DNA from: Cetorhinus maximus
Lineage: Eukaryota
Direction of reading: 5' to 3'
Assembly: GCF_964194155.1 (NCBI RefSeq)
Contig: NC_135891.1
Span: 110,856,001 to 110,920,000, forward strand
DNA length: 64,000 bases
Shown here: in pieces, positions 50,150 through 64,000 of the stretch
Layout of the letters: the number at the start of each line of letters is the position of its first letter
Numbering within the stretch: position 1 is the first letter of the stretch
Position numbers and translations under genes: made by a program
The notes under the pieces: generated by a model
Seen by the model: the letters and a program-made list of their open reading frames with translations, nothing else
Database searches by the model: none
Told to the model about the DNA's origin: nothing

Positions 50150-53100
50150 AGAGTGACATCACAAGACAACGCGAGAGAGCGGCGGAAAGATCAGAACCAG
50201 TGTGAGTGCGGGGTAGCTTCAAAAAGTGACGTCAGCACAAAGGGGAGAGCTGATTGGTGAGCAGTGGGTAAGTGTTTTTCTCCAGTTTAAAATAGATTAA
50301 GCTAAGGAAAGGTAAGGGTTCCAGATTTTATTTAAAGTACATAAATAATTTAACTTTTTTTTACTGTATTTAACTTAAAGTAAGGGTTTTTTTCAACCAG
50401 AGGCATGGTAGGGCAGCTCAGTCCCGTGTTATGTACCGCCTGCAACACGTGGGAAGTCCTAGACGCTCCTTGTGCTCTGACCGACCACGTGTGCAGGAAG
50501 TGCCACCAATAGCAGCTACTTGAGCTCCGAGTTTGGAGCTTGAGCGGCAGCTGGAGGCACTGAGGTGCATCCGCGAGGCTGAGAGTTTCGTGGATAGCAC
50601 ATTTTTAGACGTGGTCACCCCACAGCTTACGGAAGTACAGACGGAGAGGGAATGGGTGATCATCAGTCAGAAGAAAGGTGTCAGGCAGGTAGTCACGAAA
50701 TCCCCAGGGTGCATCTCACTCGAGAACCATTTTTCTGTGTTGGAAAACGGTGAGAGTGACGGTTCCTCTGGGGAGTGCAGCCACGCTCATGGCACTGTGA
50801 GTGGCTCAGCTGCACCGCGGGGAGGAGAAAGAGGGGAAGAGCAATAGTGATAGGAGACTCGATAGTAAGGGGAACAGACAGGTGTTTCTGCGGCCATTGA
50901 TGTAACTCCAGGATGCTATGTTGCCTCCCAGATGCCAGGGTCAAGCATGTCACTGAACGGCTGCAGGGCATTCCAAAGGGGGAGGGCAAACAGACAGAGA
51001 TCGTGGTACATATTGGTACCAACGACATAGGTAGAAAGAAGGATGAGGTCCTGCAAGCAGAATTTAGGGAGCTAGGAAACATTAAAAAAACAGGATCTCA
51101 AAGGTAGTAATCTCTGGATTACTTCCGGTGCCACATGCTGGTGAGTGTAGAGATAGGAGGTTAGCCCAGATAAATGCGTGGCAGGAGAGATGGAGCAGGA
51201 GGGAGGGCTTTAGATTTCTGAGACATTGGGACCATTTCTGGGGGCGGTGGGACCTGTACAAGGCAGACGGGTTGCACCTGAAATGGAATGGGACTGACAT
51301 CCTTGCTAGTGCTGTTGAGGAGGCTTTAAACTAACTTGGCAGGGGGATGGGATCCTGATAGGAGGTTCAGCAGGGAGAGATGCACAGCCAAAATTAGAAG
51401 AGAGAGCAAGTGAGTCTGGAAGGCATAGAAATTATAGGCCAGTTAAGGCACAAGAGAGCTTGGCAAGGTTGGATGGTATTTATTTTAATGCAAGGAGTCT
51501 GACGAATAAGTTGAGGGCACAAATTAACACATGGAAGTATGATGTTATTGCTGTCACAGAGACATGGTTGAGAGGGAAAGGGTTGGCAGCTCAATATTCC
51601 AGGATATAGGGTCTTCAGGCAAGACAGGGAAGAGGAGGGGGTATCGCAATATTGATCAAGGAATCAATTACAGCAGTAAGGAGGAATGACATCTTAGAAG
51701 GCTCCTTAAATGAAGCCACATGGGTAGAACTTAAAAACAAAAAAGGAGCAATCACATTGTTGGGAGTGCGCAACAGGCCCCCAAACAGTCAGTGAGAAAT
51801 AGAAGAGCAGATATGTAGACAAATTTCAGAGAAGTGTAAAAATAATAGGGTAGTAATAGTGGGGGATTTCAACTTCCCCAACATTAACTGGGTTAGTCAT
51901 AGTGTGATTGGTTTAGAGGGAGCAGAATTCTTAAAATGCATCCAGGAGAGCTTTTTAAGCCAGTACTTAGAAAGTCCTACAAGAGAGGGGGCGGTCCTGG
52001 ACTTAATTTTAGGGAATGAAGCTAGGCAAGTGTTGAGGTATCAGTGGGGGAGCATTTTGCAGATAGTGATCATAACTCCGTTAGATTCAAGGTTGTCATG
52101 GAAAAGGGCAAGGATGGGCCAGAAATCAGAGTTATAAATTGGGGGAAGGCCGATTTTAGTAAGATCAGATATAATTTGACCAGAGTGGACTGGGAGCAGC
52201 TACTTTTAGGTAAATCTGCGTCAGAGCAGTGGGACTTGTTCAAGACAGAAATAGGGAGAGTACAGGGCCAACATATTCCAGTAAAGACAAAGGGTGGGAC
52301 CAACAAATCCAGGGAATCCTGGATGTCGAGGGATATACAGGATTGGATAAAGAGAAAAAGGGAGGCTTATAGAAGATACCGAGGGCTCAAAACAACAGAA
52401 GCCCTAGAGGAGAATAGAATGTGCAGGGGGGAACTTAAAAAGGAAATTAGGAGAGCAAAAAGGGGGCATGAATAAACATTGGCAGGTAAAATAAAGGAAA
52501 ATCCAAAGTTATTTTACAAGTACATTAAGAATAAGAGGATAACTAGGGAAAGAGTAGGGCCCATTAAGGACCATAGTGGTAATTTATGTGTGGAGCCGGA
52601 AGGTGTAGGTAGGGTTCTAAATGAATACTTTGTGTCAGTGTGCACAAGTGAGAGGGACAACGTGGGTATGGAAATCAGGCAGAAGGACTGTGATATAATT
52701 AAAGAAATTAGCATAGAAAGGAGGTTCTAAGTGATCTGGCAGGTTTAAAAGTAGATAAATCTCCAGGCCCAGATGAAAAGCATCCTAGGCTGTTGAGTGA
52801 AGCGAGGGAGGAGATAGCAGGGGCGCTGGCAATAATTTTCAATACCTCTCTGGCCATATGAGAAGTGTCAGAGCACTGGAGGACAGCCAATGTGGTACCA
52901 TTATTCAAGAAGGGAGGAAGGGATAAACCAGGGAACTACAGGCCAGTCAGTCTAACCTCAGTGGTGGAGAAACTATTGGAAGCAATTCTGAGGGACAGAA
53001 TTAATCTACACTTGGAGAAGCAGGGATTAATCAAGGACAGTCAGCATGGTTTTGTTAAGGGGAGGTCATGTCTGACCAATTTGATTGAATTTTTCGAATA

Positions 53101-54324
53101 GGTGACCAGGTGTGTAGATGAGGGCAATGCATTTGACGTGGTCTACTTGGACTTCAGCAAGGTTTTTGATAAGGTCCCACATGGGAAACTGATAACGAAG
53201 GTAAGAGCCCATGGGATCTAAGGCAATTTGCCAAATTGGATCCAGAATTGGCTGAGTGGCAGGAAGCAGAGGGTGACGATTGAGGGGTGTTTTTGTGACT
53301 GGATGCCTGTGTCCAGTGGGGTTCCACAGGGATCGGTGTTGGGTCCCTTGCTGTTTGTGGTATATATAAACGATTTAGACTTGAATGTAGGAGGGTTGAT
53401 CAGTAAGTTCGCGGATGACACGAAAATTGGTAGGGTGGTAAATAGTGAGGAGGATAGCCTTAAATTACAGGAGTATATAAATGGGCTGGTCAGATGGGCT
53501 GATCAGTGGCAAATGGAATTTAATCCGGATAAGTGTGAGGTGATGCACTTGGGCAGGACAAACAAGGCACGGGAATACACAATGAATGGTAGGACCCTGG
53601 GAAGTACCGAGGATCAGAGGGACCTTAGTGTGCATGTCCACCGGTCCCTTAAGGTAGTGGTACAGGTAGATAAGGTGGTTAAGAATGCATATGGGATACT
53701 TGCCTTTATTAGCCGAGTCATAGAGTATAAGTGCAGGGAGGTTATGCTGGAACTGTATAAAATGCTGGTTAGGCCACAGCTAGATTATTACGTGCAGTTC
53801 TGGAATCCGCATTATAAAAAGGATGTGATTGTATCAGAGTGCAGAGGAGATTTACCAGGATGTTGCCTGGGCTGGAGAGTTTTAGTTATTAGGAGAGATT
53901 GAATAGACTAGGGTTATTTTCCCTGGAGCAGAAGAGATTGACAGGGGACATGATGGAGGTGTATAAAATTATGAGGGGCATTGATAGGGTGGACAGGAAG
54001 GAACTTTTCCCCTTGGTTGAGGGCTCAATAACCACAGGCCATAGATTTAAGGTAAGGGGCAGGAGGTTTAGAGGGGATGTGAGGAACAATTTTTTCACCC
54101 AGAGGATGGTGGGAATCTGGAACTCACTGCCTAAAAGGGTGGTAGAGGCTGATACCCTCATAACATTTAAGAAGTATTTGGATGCGCACTTGCGATGCCA
54201 TGGAATACAAGGCTATGGGCCTCGTGCTGGAAATGGGATTAGAATAGTTAGGTACTTGTTTGACCGGCGCAGACTCGATGGGCCAAAGGGCCTTTTTTTG
54301 TGCTGTAGACCTCTATGACTCTAT
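50150..54324 (+). mobile_element. Near full-length CR1-like LINE (ORF1 zinc finger + SGNH esterase; ORF2 APE + RT), decayed
   Basis: ORF1 has CxxC..CRKC, GDSIVRG, IVVHIGTNDIG and DGLHL. ORF2 has GDFNFPNINW, SDHN, NYRPVSLTS, QHGFVKGRSCLTNL, GVPQGSVLGPLLF and KFADD. The 3' tail is (CTCTATGA)n. Multiple stops and frameshifts. Confidence 0.92.
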
Positions 54325-54904
54325 GGCTGCCAATTTTGATTAAATGTATCCCTGGAAGTTTCATCACATGACTTGTGACCATGCTCTTGCCATTAAGTTG
54401 GCCAACACATCCATCCTTGTGATGTGCTGCCTTCCTTCGCCAATTGGAAAGCAAGGAGACTCATTCCCCAACTGGATGATGCTCGACTGTTAGCCAGCAG
54501 CCTTCCCACCACCACACCACCCCCCACCCCGGCCATTTTCAATATTGTTATATCTGTCAAAGAGAAATGTTCAGAGAAAATGACAAATAAATCTTTTAAT
54601 GTCCCTCTGATTTTTCTCCAACATTGCAGAGCTGTGTCCTGGAGATTAATCTTCAATTACTAGAGACTCCACACCAATCCTGGAGGATTTGCAATGCTAA
54701 ACTGATCATGCGGCCCCCCCACAACCAAAATATAAATTTACTACCTACTACTCGTAACACCTGGGTAAAAGTACTTTGGCACACTTTCTTTGAGTTTAAG
54801 TACCTCAATGTTTAAAAAAAATTCACCTCTCTTGAAAGAGGCTGAACTCACCTAGCGCCCACCGCCAGCCTGCAGACCTACCTGCCACTCTCAGTGCTCC
54901 TTCA

Positions 54905-55070
54905 ATGCCTCAATTTAACATCTTCATGTTGCCGACGAAGTGTCTCAATGTGTTTACTGCCTTCTTGAATCAACCTTCTCCAATTTGGTTGGTCACAAGC
55001 CTCAGGAGAGATGTTTGGCCATTTCAAGGATGTTTTGAGGACATCCCTAAAGCATTTCCATTCTTCTTCT
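54905..55070 (-). mobile_element. RTE-like LINE 3' fragment
   Basis: KCFRDVLKTSLK..DQPNWRRLIQEG resembles RTE-clade ORF C-termini. Confidence 0.45.
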
Positions 55071-56605
55071 AGTGTCCCCTGCAATGACCGAGTTCCAAGT
55101 ACAGCAGTTACTTTGGGAGTCTGATGTCAGGCACATGAATGACATGTCCTGCCCAACAGAAGCTGGTTTTGTGCGATTAGTGCCTTGATACTGGGCATAT
55201 TGGCTTGCAAGAGGACACTGCTGTTGGACCACCTTTCTTGCTACTGGATTTGGAGGATCTTTCAAAGCCACTGCCAGTGGTACTTCTCCAGGGCTTTGAG
55301 GGCCTGCTATAGATTGTCCAAGTCCCCGAAGCACAGAGAACATTCCTGCCTCGTAAACCATGAACTTAGTTAAGATACAGCATAACCACCAGGTGAAGAA
55401 GAAAAACCAGCATTTCTAAAGCATGTTTCACAACATCCAAAAATAATTTACAGCCAATATTTACATATTTGTAATGTAGTGAAACACAGCAGCCAATTCA
55501 GCAAAATTCCAGAAACAGCAAAGTCCAGATTATCGCAATGTCGGTCAAGGGATGACTGTGGACTAGAAAATCAGAAAGAATTCCCATATCTTCTTCATAA
55601 CATGCCATAGGATCTTATAAATCCCTCAGGAGGGAGCAGGATCACAGTTGCATCTCATCCAAACAGCACACCCCGACACTGTAGCACTCTCAACAGTGAG
55701 ATATCTGGTCATTGTCACATTGCCATTTGGGGACGTTGGCTGCGTGCAAATTGGCTGTCACATTTCCCTACATTACAACATAGACTACTCCTCAAAAGTA
55801 GTTATGTCTACAAAATGCTTTGGATATCCTGAGGTTGTGAGAAGTGCCATATAAAACCAAATCTTCTTTCTTTCACTTGGCAAGTTAACCCTGGTCCTCC
55901 ATATTGGATAAGTACTTTCTAATGTTGCAGTTTAGACACAGATGCTGATAAATCCTCTATTTTCTTTCTTTTTTTCATGAGATGTGGGCATCACTGGCAA
56001 GGCCAGCATTTGTTGGGCATTCCTGATTGCCCTTGAACTAAGGGCAGTTAAGTACCAACCACATTGCTGTGGGTCTGGAGTCATATGTAGGCCAAACTAG
56101 CTAAGGATGGCACATTTCCTTCCCTCAAGGGACATTAGTGAACTGGATGGATTTTTACAAAAATCAATGATAGCTGTCATGGTCACTAGCACTGAGACTA
56201 GCTTTATATTCCAGATTTATTTGAACTTAAATTCCGCCAGATGCCACAGTGGGATTTTAAACATGTCCTCAGGGCATTTTGGACTGGCTCTCTCGATTAC
56301 TAGTTTAGTGACATTACCACTACTCCACCATCTCCTATCTCCCCACTGCCTATTATTCCCACAGTAATGATGGTAACCCTTTATTGGAAAGAAAAATCAC
56401 ACACAAAGTACACGGATGACAGTTTGAGTGTCAAGCTCTTGAGTCAGCAGGTTGCTCTAACTGCAAGCTTTCATTGGTAAAATTTCCCTACACAATGGCG
56501 CTTGTTCTGCTGACTCTATCTTTGTCATGGTTGGTGAGCTCATGTGAAGAGCCATCAGATTTTCTCAGCTGTCGATGTTAATATGGCTTGAGGTTGTGTT
56601 TAACT

Positions 56606-57177
56606 GGGCTGGATTTTACATTCCTGAATGGGGCACGTTGCCCCCCAAATGTTGAGCTGATGACATAGTCAGCAATACATCACACCAGTTTCCAAATTAC
56701 AAAGGCAACCTGCCCACCAGTTGGCAATTAACAAGCTTGTTAAGTTTTTTAACAACAGAATCACCTGCAATTTTCTATTCCCCACTACATTTTTCAGATA
56801 TCAGACAAGAAAAGGCTTGGGAGCCTTTTAGGGCACAAGGGAGGCCATTGGGACCATGGTTGAATGTACCAGCAGATTCTGCTGCAGAAGCTGGCAGCAG
56901 CTGTATGTTTTTTAATGACATATTAAAATATATATTTTTTCAGCCTCGATTACAAAATAAAGCCCCTGTACAATTCTGCCATGACTGGCTTTCTGTTCAC
57001 GATGGTACCAGCCTACAGTGCTGATTAGAGCCCCTTTGGCACCAATCCTGCCTTGGCTTCCTTCCTGCCAAACAGCGACTAATTGGCCATCCGACAATTG
57101 ATTGAACATGCTGAGATAGTGGGGGCAGGTTTCTGTTCTACTTCCCTCACCCTGCCGTGATATGGAAAATTCAGCCC
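56606..57177. mobile_element. Harbinger-type MITE (paralog of 24903-25498)
   Basis: TIRs GGGCTGGATTTT and AAAATTCAGCCC, with ACT TSD at 56603-56605 and 57178-57180. Confidence 0.7.
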
Positions 57178-60100
57178 ACTGTTTCCTATATCGCTTTTAC
57201 TAACCACCCTTTTATTTGGGCTGTTCCACCTTGCTGTACTGAATCCTTTGAGGCATTCTTAAATTTTACATTTAGACAGAGATAAACCATTAGCTGGAGA
57301 ATCTAGGACTAGAGGGCATAATCTAAAAATTAGAACCAGACCTTTCAATAGTGAAGTTAGAAGACAACTTTGGCACACAAAAGGTGGTAGAAGTTTGGAA
57401 CTCTTCTGCAAAAGGTATTGGATCAATTGTAAATTTCATATCTGAGATTGATGAGTTTTGTTAATCAAAGAATAAAGGGATGTGGATTTAGATAGCAGTT
57501 CCGTAATGTTCTCAGCGAATGGCTGAATAGGTTCAAGAGGCTGAATAATCTTGTCCTGGTCCTATTTAGATGGTATATCCCAAGTCATATCTGTCTGGCC
57601 TCAATACTCATTGCATTCGTGGTCTTCAGGATCTCACACTTCAGTGCAACACTGTTCTGTCAGTGGTCCTGTCTTTCAGATGAGATCTGCCTATACTTTG
57701 AGAAAGTCAACTGCGTTAGCAGTAGCATTGCAGATTGTATAGAGTAACATCTTTGATTCGCCCCAGGCCTTATTTTGGGTTAGTTCTTTTCATGATGCAC
57801 AATTCGCGATATGGCTAATAGGCTGACACACATGGCTGGAATGTCATGTACCAATTGTTTTGTGCATAGCTCAATTTCTCTCCAATACATGCGATAATGC
57901 TAAGCTACAGGAAGAAAGTTTTACACACAAGTTAAATGCTAAAAAAAATTCTCAAAAAAGACTAAACACTTCCTAACTGGCCTGACCAATGGATGGTCGG
58001 GAACTCATTGATAAGAGTTACAATACAGGACAAAATCATAAATGACATCCTATGTGATTGTGACAAAAAACGATCATTCCTTGTCCTTTTCAAATTAACC
58101 ATAGCCTGTAACAACCAAGGTTAATCCTAATATCCTCCTCCACGATCAACCAGCTCGGTGGGCTGCAGTCAGCTGGTTCCATTTGTATCTAATTGTAGAT
58201 GAAGAATCCCCTGCAATAGCTATTCTTCCTGCTCATGCACAATGACCTCTGGTATCCCCAAAGAATCTATCTTGGATCACTACTATTTTGAAACTATGTG
58301 CTGATCCTCAGCATCATCCAAACACACGCCAGTTTCTACAAGTGCCCTGATGACAGGTATTTTCGTATTAACACAACCATCACAAATCCTGTTGCAACTC
58401 ACTGTCAAGTGCAGCATATATTTCCTACTCCCTCCAGTTACACTCGAGCACTGTGACCAAAACAGTGCATGTATATTGACTCAGTTCGTGTTCTTGGTGT
58501 TGACATTTAAATAACATGCAGAGCCCAAACTCATTAAGGTCTCATCAAACAGGGAGACATGTTGATGCAAGTGGGCACCTTCCATGCTGAGGGTAGTCCC
58601 ATCTGAACCAATGACAGTACATTTTTTAAAAATCCAGACGTTTCCACTATCTCTTGGCTTATGCCAGAGTCCAATTTCAGTCACACTCCTACAATCTGCA
58701 ACAAAGTGGAGGCATTTTGGGGGGGGGGGGAATTTGCAAAATTTGGGGTCTATATGACTGAAGGGATGGCCACCAATGGTAGGGAGAACTGAGTCAAGCA
58801 TGCACAAGAGGCCAGAGCTACAGACACAGGATTTTATGGAAGAAGGTTACTGATGAGTCGGTAGCCATGGAAAGGATTGAATGATACAATGAGAATTGAC
58901 AACTCAAAGCATTGTTAGGCCAGGAGACACCGTCAATTATCACACTCCACAGAGTTGGGTGAACAGGACTCAAGTCTGGAGCACATGTGAAGGTTTCAGC
59001 AGAAGATAACCTGAGACAGGGGCAAAGGCAGGCAATGGTACAGAGGTCAAACAGAAAGCAGAGGCTGCAAATAGCTTGACAATGGCCAGGGAGGGTGCTG
59101 GCACCAATATCTTTGGTCCCCTACTATTTGAGCAGGCGAAATGCAACTAACCCAGGATTGGATGTCAGACAAGCAGTCTGAAAACAGGAAACAGTCTTAA
59201 AGGTGATGGGAAGAAAGGAAAGAAGGCAGATTTCATCAACCTCAAGACAAAGTACTTCACAGCCATTGAAGTATGTGACTTTTTTGAAATATTGTAATGT
59301 AGGAGACATAACAGTCACACAGCTAGCTCCCATAAACAATGTGATAATAACCAGATAGTCTGTTTTAATGTTGATTGAGTGACACCAGGCAGCACACTCC
59401 TGTTCTTCATAGTGGTATGGAATCTTTGTGTTGACTTGAGAAGTCAGACAGAACCTCTGATGTTGATATTAGTATGCAAATTAAGAGACAGAAAGGGTCC
59501 AAGGCATGATCCTTGCGAAACTTCAGCATTAAGAGCGGAAATCTAATTCTAAACCCACAGGCATTTTCCAGTAGCTATTAAAATCAGCCTGTCCAAATTT
59601 TTCCCCATTCCAGCCCTGGGCATTAAACATTCAAGTTGTGGTAATGTTTCATGGGAACAAGGCTATAATTATAGATGAAATTACAGTGAATGGGAGGTTC
59701 AACTGTCCCATAAAAGATTGAGGAGAGCTTTTGTGTCATGCTATTTATTCCTCAAGCACCACCACCTAAAACAGGTAAGATAAATAACAAGTTCATATTT
59801 CTGAAATTGTGATTTGCTGCACAATTAAATGACATGCTTAATGCATAACATTCAAAATTAATGAACTGACCATGAAGAATGATGGGAAAGGTGTCCCATA
59901 AGTGCAAGTTTTCCCTTTCTTCACTCAAGTTATGTTTAATTTAATTTTTCTAAGACACTAGAGGTTCCATCTGGTACCTGTGCATGTCAGAAATTCTGGG
60001 GATACAATTGTCAGCATCTGGATTATACAATAACGCCAGGTGGAGTAGCACACCTAAGGATAGGACAAGACCATGCTACCTGCCAACAACTTAGTCAAGG

Positions 60101-60947
60101 CCAATACAGAAATAGCTACTTTGGGAAAGAACCAACATCCACAAAGTCATTCCCAACCTGAAGTTAATACATTTGGGTGAAAAAGCCAGTGATTCGCACC
60201 AACTTTAGCAATGCTTCAGAATAAAACTAAAAAATGTTTCAGAAAACTGACAGGAATGAGCCAGGAACAGTTGCATTTCTCAGACTCGGGTGGGCTCTGT
60301 TCACTATCATGTCCTTATTTCTGTTGTGATTTAAATATCGTAAAACCAACCAATTCTGAACTAGCTACAGATGCATATCTTAAATAGAGTCCTTAATGAA
60401 ATACACAAAAATCAGTCAGAGGTCAGATCATTTAAACGAAATGTGCTCTCTTTATTTAAACCAGGGGTCATCTGTCTTTATTTTGCAGTTTATTCTACAG
60501 CCATTCTTAAGGGAAATCTACATCTTAAATTAAAAAATAAGTCAGATGTAAATAGTACAAAATTTCTCCTAAAAATTGCAACGTCTGTGTTCAAATGTTT
60601 CAATTTTAAACATAAAAGTATACTAGGGTAAAACAAAGGCTCAGAGTAAGGAACAAATCAAAAAAAAAAATGAAATCAAGAGTTATATGGTACAGCAGAA
60701 TATTTCTCCTAAACCTTGCAACACTCAGAGCACAAAGAGGTCATTTGTGCTGTTGGGAAGAGAGGAGAATAAATTCAAAAGAAATGCAGTCCAAAGCCCA
60801 CAGCGTATCCTTCAAACTCCTTTTAAATTTTTTTTGTTGTTTTTGTTATTTAATCAAGTGATTGTCACAAAAGAGTCACAAAATTAAGGAATTCCTGGTC
60901 AAGTTTACACCAGAATATACTCCTTTATTTTTTTCCCTGCCATGGTT

Positions 60948-61129
60948 TTAACGCCTGTAAGGATGGAACCCCTGAGCATTGTGGTTCTGACCGCGGGCAA
61001 ATCCACCCGGTGCAGATGGTGGAGCCCCTGGAGGCGCTGGTGCCGAGGGTCCTCCATATGAGGGAGCTGGCTGATTTGGATCCGAGAAACCTGGGGCCTG
61101 GCCAAAACCACTCATATCTTGCCCATAAC
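60948..61129 (-). CDS. DAZAP1: DAZ-associated protein 1, last coding exon (unit 3, probable functional gene)
   Basis: TAG acceptor; GYGQDMSGFGQAPGFSDPNQPAPSYGGPSAPAPPGAPPSAPGGFARGQNHNAQGFHPYRR-stop matches the DAZAP1 C-terminus. DAZAP1-RPS15 adjacency is known vertebrate synteny. Confidence 0.93.
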
Positions 61130-61394
61130 CTATTAAACAAATAGAACAGAAAAGTTATGACTGTTTAGAGGAAATATGCAAACTAAAGTCACCATTTAAC
61201 TATACAGAAAACAACTGGTGAAAAATCAAACTTAATTTTTGTATAATTAGATCATCCTTGTACCAGCACAACAAATGCTCAACTGATTTAGCACTATTCT
61301 CCCATTTAAAAGAAAACTAAGTGAGCAAGGACTACATCCTACTTAAGCTACTCATCTTTGAAGCAAGGCAGTTCAAAGTCTATGCAACACCTAC

Positions 61395-61487
61395 CTGCTG
61401 CACTATATCCCTGCTCAGCCTGACCGTAAGTCTGAGAAGGACGCGTGGGTCCGTAGCCTGAAGGATCCTGAGGATAGTTACCCATGC
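61395..61487 (-). CDS. DAZAP1: DAZAP1 93-nt in-frame exon (possibly a cassette exon)
   Basis: AG..GT-bounded, phase 1-1, encoding GMGNYPQDPSGYGPTRPSQTYGQAEQGYSAA. Confidence 0.7.
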
Positions 61488-62776
61488 CTATTAGGGAGAT
61501 GAGGAAACCAGGATGACTACCCCAGTAAGCCTGAGCCTGCTTCAATCCACGGCATAGATGCATCAGGTCACCAGTGGTATAGGGATGCACAGAAATGCCA
61601 GTGAAATAGAAATACATTTAAGCAGATGTTTGGTCAATTTGTTATTCTATATAGGAAAATTGTGGCAACAAACTATCAATATTTAAAATTAAAACAAACT
61701 GTGTCTAAGTTAGCAATAGGGATTGCGCCCCATGGACAAGAACCTTTAGTGAATGTAGTACAGCCTGTAGAAAAGGTACTGAGCTGCACAGTGTATTTGG
61801 ATGTAAGGAGATAACAAACATGCACCCCATAACAGTGATTAAATGAGCAGAGATTATTTTAGTGAATTACATGCTTTGGTTCAGCTACTTCCAAATGAGT
61901 AAATAAAAAAAAATCTGAATGCATTGCCAGATAAAGCAAATATCACAGCACCTTTCTTCAAGGGCTCCGTTATATTAGTTTTTAAAATATAAACTTTTAA
62001 AACTGAACATTACTACCAACATAATCAGAAGTTGACAACTGAATATTGTCACTTAGAATTGCCAATTTAACAAGGAGTCTTTTTCATAGATTGAAGCCCT
62101 TGATAAATCACCATTTTCTTTTTTAAATGGCCCCATTTCAATTTATTCAGATCCTGGTAATCTTACAATTTTCCACCTCAAAAATGTAATCTGGCTGAAG
62201 CAGTCACTCTGCTTACTCAGAGACGGGAAGTCAGGTTTTACATCTAGAACAAAAAGCAAGGAGCTGCATTTAGCCAGGTAAGAGAGGAAGCAGATGGACC
62301 CAGGTTAAGATTCAGATCAAGAACAGTAGAGAGACCAACAGCTGGGTTAGAAACTCTGACATTCAAAGATACAACATTTTTTTTGACGGGGTGGTAAAGG
62401 GAGGAACAGACAAAAGTAGAAATCAGGAGACATGGAATTGAAAACTACAACACTGCATTGATGTAAAAAAATGTGAACGACTACTTATCATGTAAGCTTA
62501 TGTTTTTTGCTAGTAATTTTCCCCTTGTAGGCTATGTCTCCTGCTCTGTCCCTAACAGTAGATCTCACATCCATGAACAGTTATAAAATGCTAGAAAAGG
62601 ATGATCTAATTCAACCCACCATTCTTTACCTCCTTGTCTTCTGGTATTCACGTAAACCTGCTGGAAATACAAGCAGGTAGAGGGGCTTCTGACTTCAAAA
62701 GTCAAATGCATTGAAGGGGGTTGTGTTCTTTTCTAATCCTACAGCACCTCAAAATCCTACACTACTTGTTACCTAC

Positions 62777-62950
62777 CATACTGGTTGTACCCAGGGAATT
62801 CGGGCTGTCCAGCAGGTGGCTTGCTCATGTCCTGAGGTGTCTGTGTTGCTGGTGGATAGCCCATCTGTCCTGCTCCTGGTGTGGCAGGGGGTGCTGGTAT
62901 TCCAGGTGGGCCAAACTGGTCAGCTGGAGGTGCGCCAAATCCTCCATAGC
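62777..62950 (-). CDS. DAZAP1: DAZAP1 proline-rich exon (unit 3); upstream exons lie beyond the window
   Basis: CAG acceptor and GTAGGT donor; 174 nt encoding GYGGFGAPPADQFGPPGIPAPPATPGAGQMGYPPATQTPQDMSKPPAGQPEFPGYNQY. Confidence 0.92.
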
Positions 62951-64000
62951 CTGAATAGCAACAAGAATGAGCTCAGGTCAGACAGGTGATAGATGTTTTA
63001 ATTTAAAAAAATATAGGGGTGGGTGGGGGTGATCACATCGTTTAAATATTTGTCACAATGGGACAAGAACATTAACGATTATGAAAAATAAAAACACCAG
63101 GCATGGCCAGGAACAAAAACTTTTTGGGCATCTGCCATACTGAGGTGTACAAATGTGTGTGTATAATGAATGCATGGATTCCACTGTACTACACTGGACC
63201 CAGCTGTTTTACTCTTGACTGATTGTAAATTGACTAGCAGGAAAGTAGTCAGCCACAACAAATTCAGCACTGTGCTGTTCATTCTGCTCTCTCTGCTTAA
63301 AACAAAAGGAATGTTTAGAGCCATATGGGATCAGGATAGAGGTTACTTACTTTGATGAACAAAACAGACTGCAACATTCACATGGTGAAATAAAATAGGT
63401 CATCAGTTAAAAGCAACCAGGGACAACTATAGGTTCAAGCTCAGCATAGGACAGCTCAGCTGGTATACTGCAAAAACAAAGAGCAACCCAGCTTGGTTCT
63501 CAATGGACCCTTTTAAAAGTCAGCAAGAGCAGCAATGCAGAAACCACGCAAGACATTTTGACAGAAGGTACTTAACTTTTCAGAAGAGATTATTTTTAAA
63601 ATGTACATTTTGAAGACATGAAAGCAAGGCTTCTACAGGCTGCACTGTTAGGTCACAAAAAGCCATGACTATAAAGCAATTGAGTAACAAATTCAGAACT
63701 GTGAAACAATTTCACATCTACATATAATACCTACCTGAAAATTTCTTAATGGTTTACCACAGATGAAAAGGAAGTTGGTAGAGGTGGTCATCACGTTCTA
63801 ATCAGTTATTCTGAACATGGTGTCACTTAACTAGTGTAATATAATTTCCCTCTTTGCACACTACAAAACACTTCCCAGACTCGCTGTCAGATTGCTTTAT
63901 CATGGTTAAAAACTGATCACTTCATCGCTGTGTCAACACATTATCTTTCATACTAAAAATATCTGTGCGGATATTCCACACCCAGTAACAAGTACTCTCA

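Overview
Eukaryotic, repeat-rich vertebrate genomic DNA. The SINE, LINE and Penelope families look chondrichthyan (shark-like); that assignment is inferred from repeat content only. The core of the window is a three-unit tandem segmental duplication of a 3'-DAZAP1/RPS15 block on the minus strand. Unit 1 (~12747-30937) has an intact 4-exon RPS15 and a 5'-truncated, partly deleted DAZAP1 3' end. Unit 2 (~30938-35196) is a heavily collapsed copy. Unit 3 (35197 to beyond the window end) has an RPS15 pseudogene and clean DAZAP1 3' exons. To the left are a decayed Harbinger transposon and an intact, very short and divergent single-exon connexin ORF (8278-8871). An ~11 kb nested retroelement cluster (43320-54324) lies in the promoter region of the RPS15 pseudogene. 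It contains a near full-length CR1-like LINE, Tx1-like LINE pieces and a 5'-truncated R2 retrotransposon still fused to ~330 bp of its canonical downstream 28S rDNA target, embedded in a Tx1-like element outside any rDNA array. Penelope-derived repeats across the window carry minimal hammerhead-ribozyme motifs. I found no evidence for a wholly new multi-gene system. The most notable items are the R2-28S/Tx1 chimera, the divergent connexin and the reciprocal decay of the duplicated genes. All identities were judged by eye, not computed.
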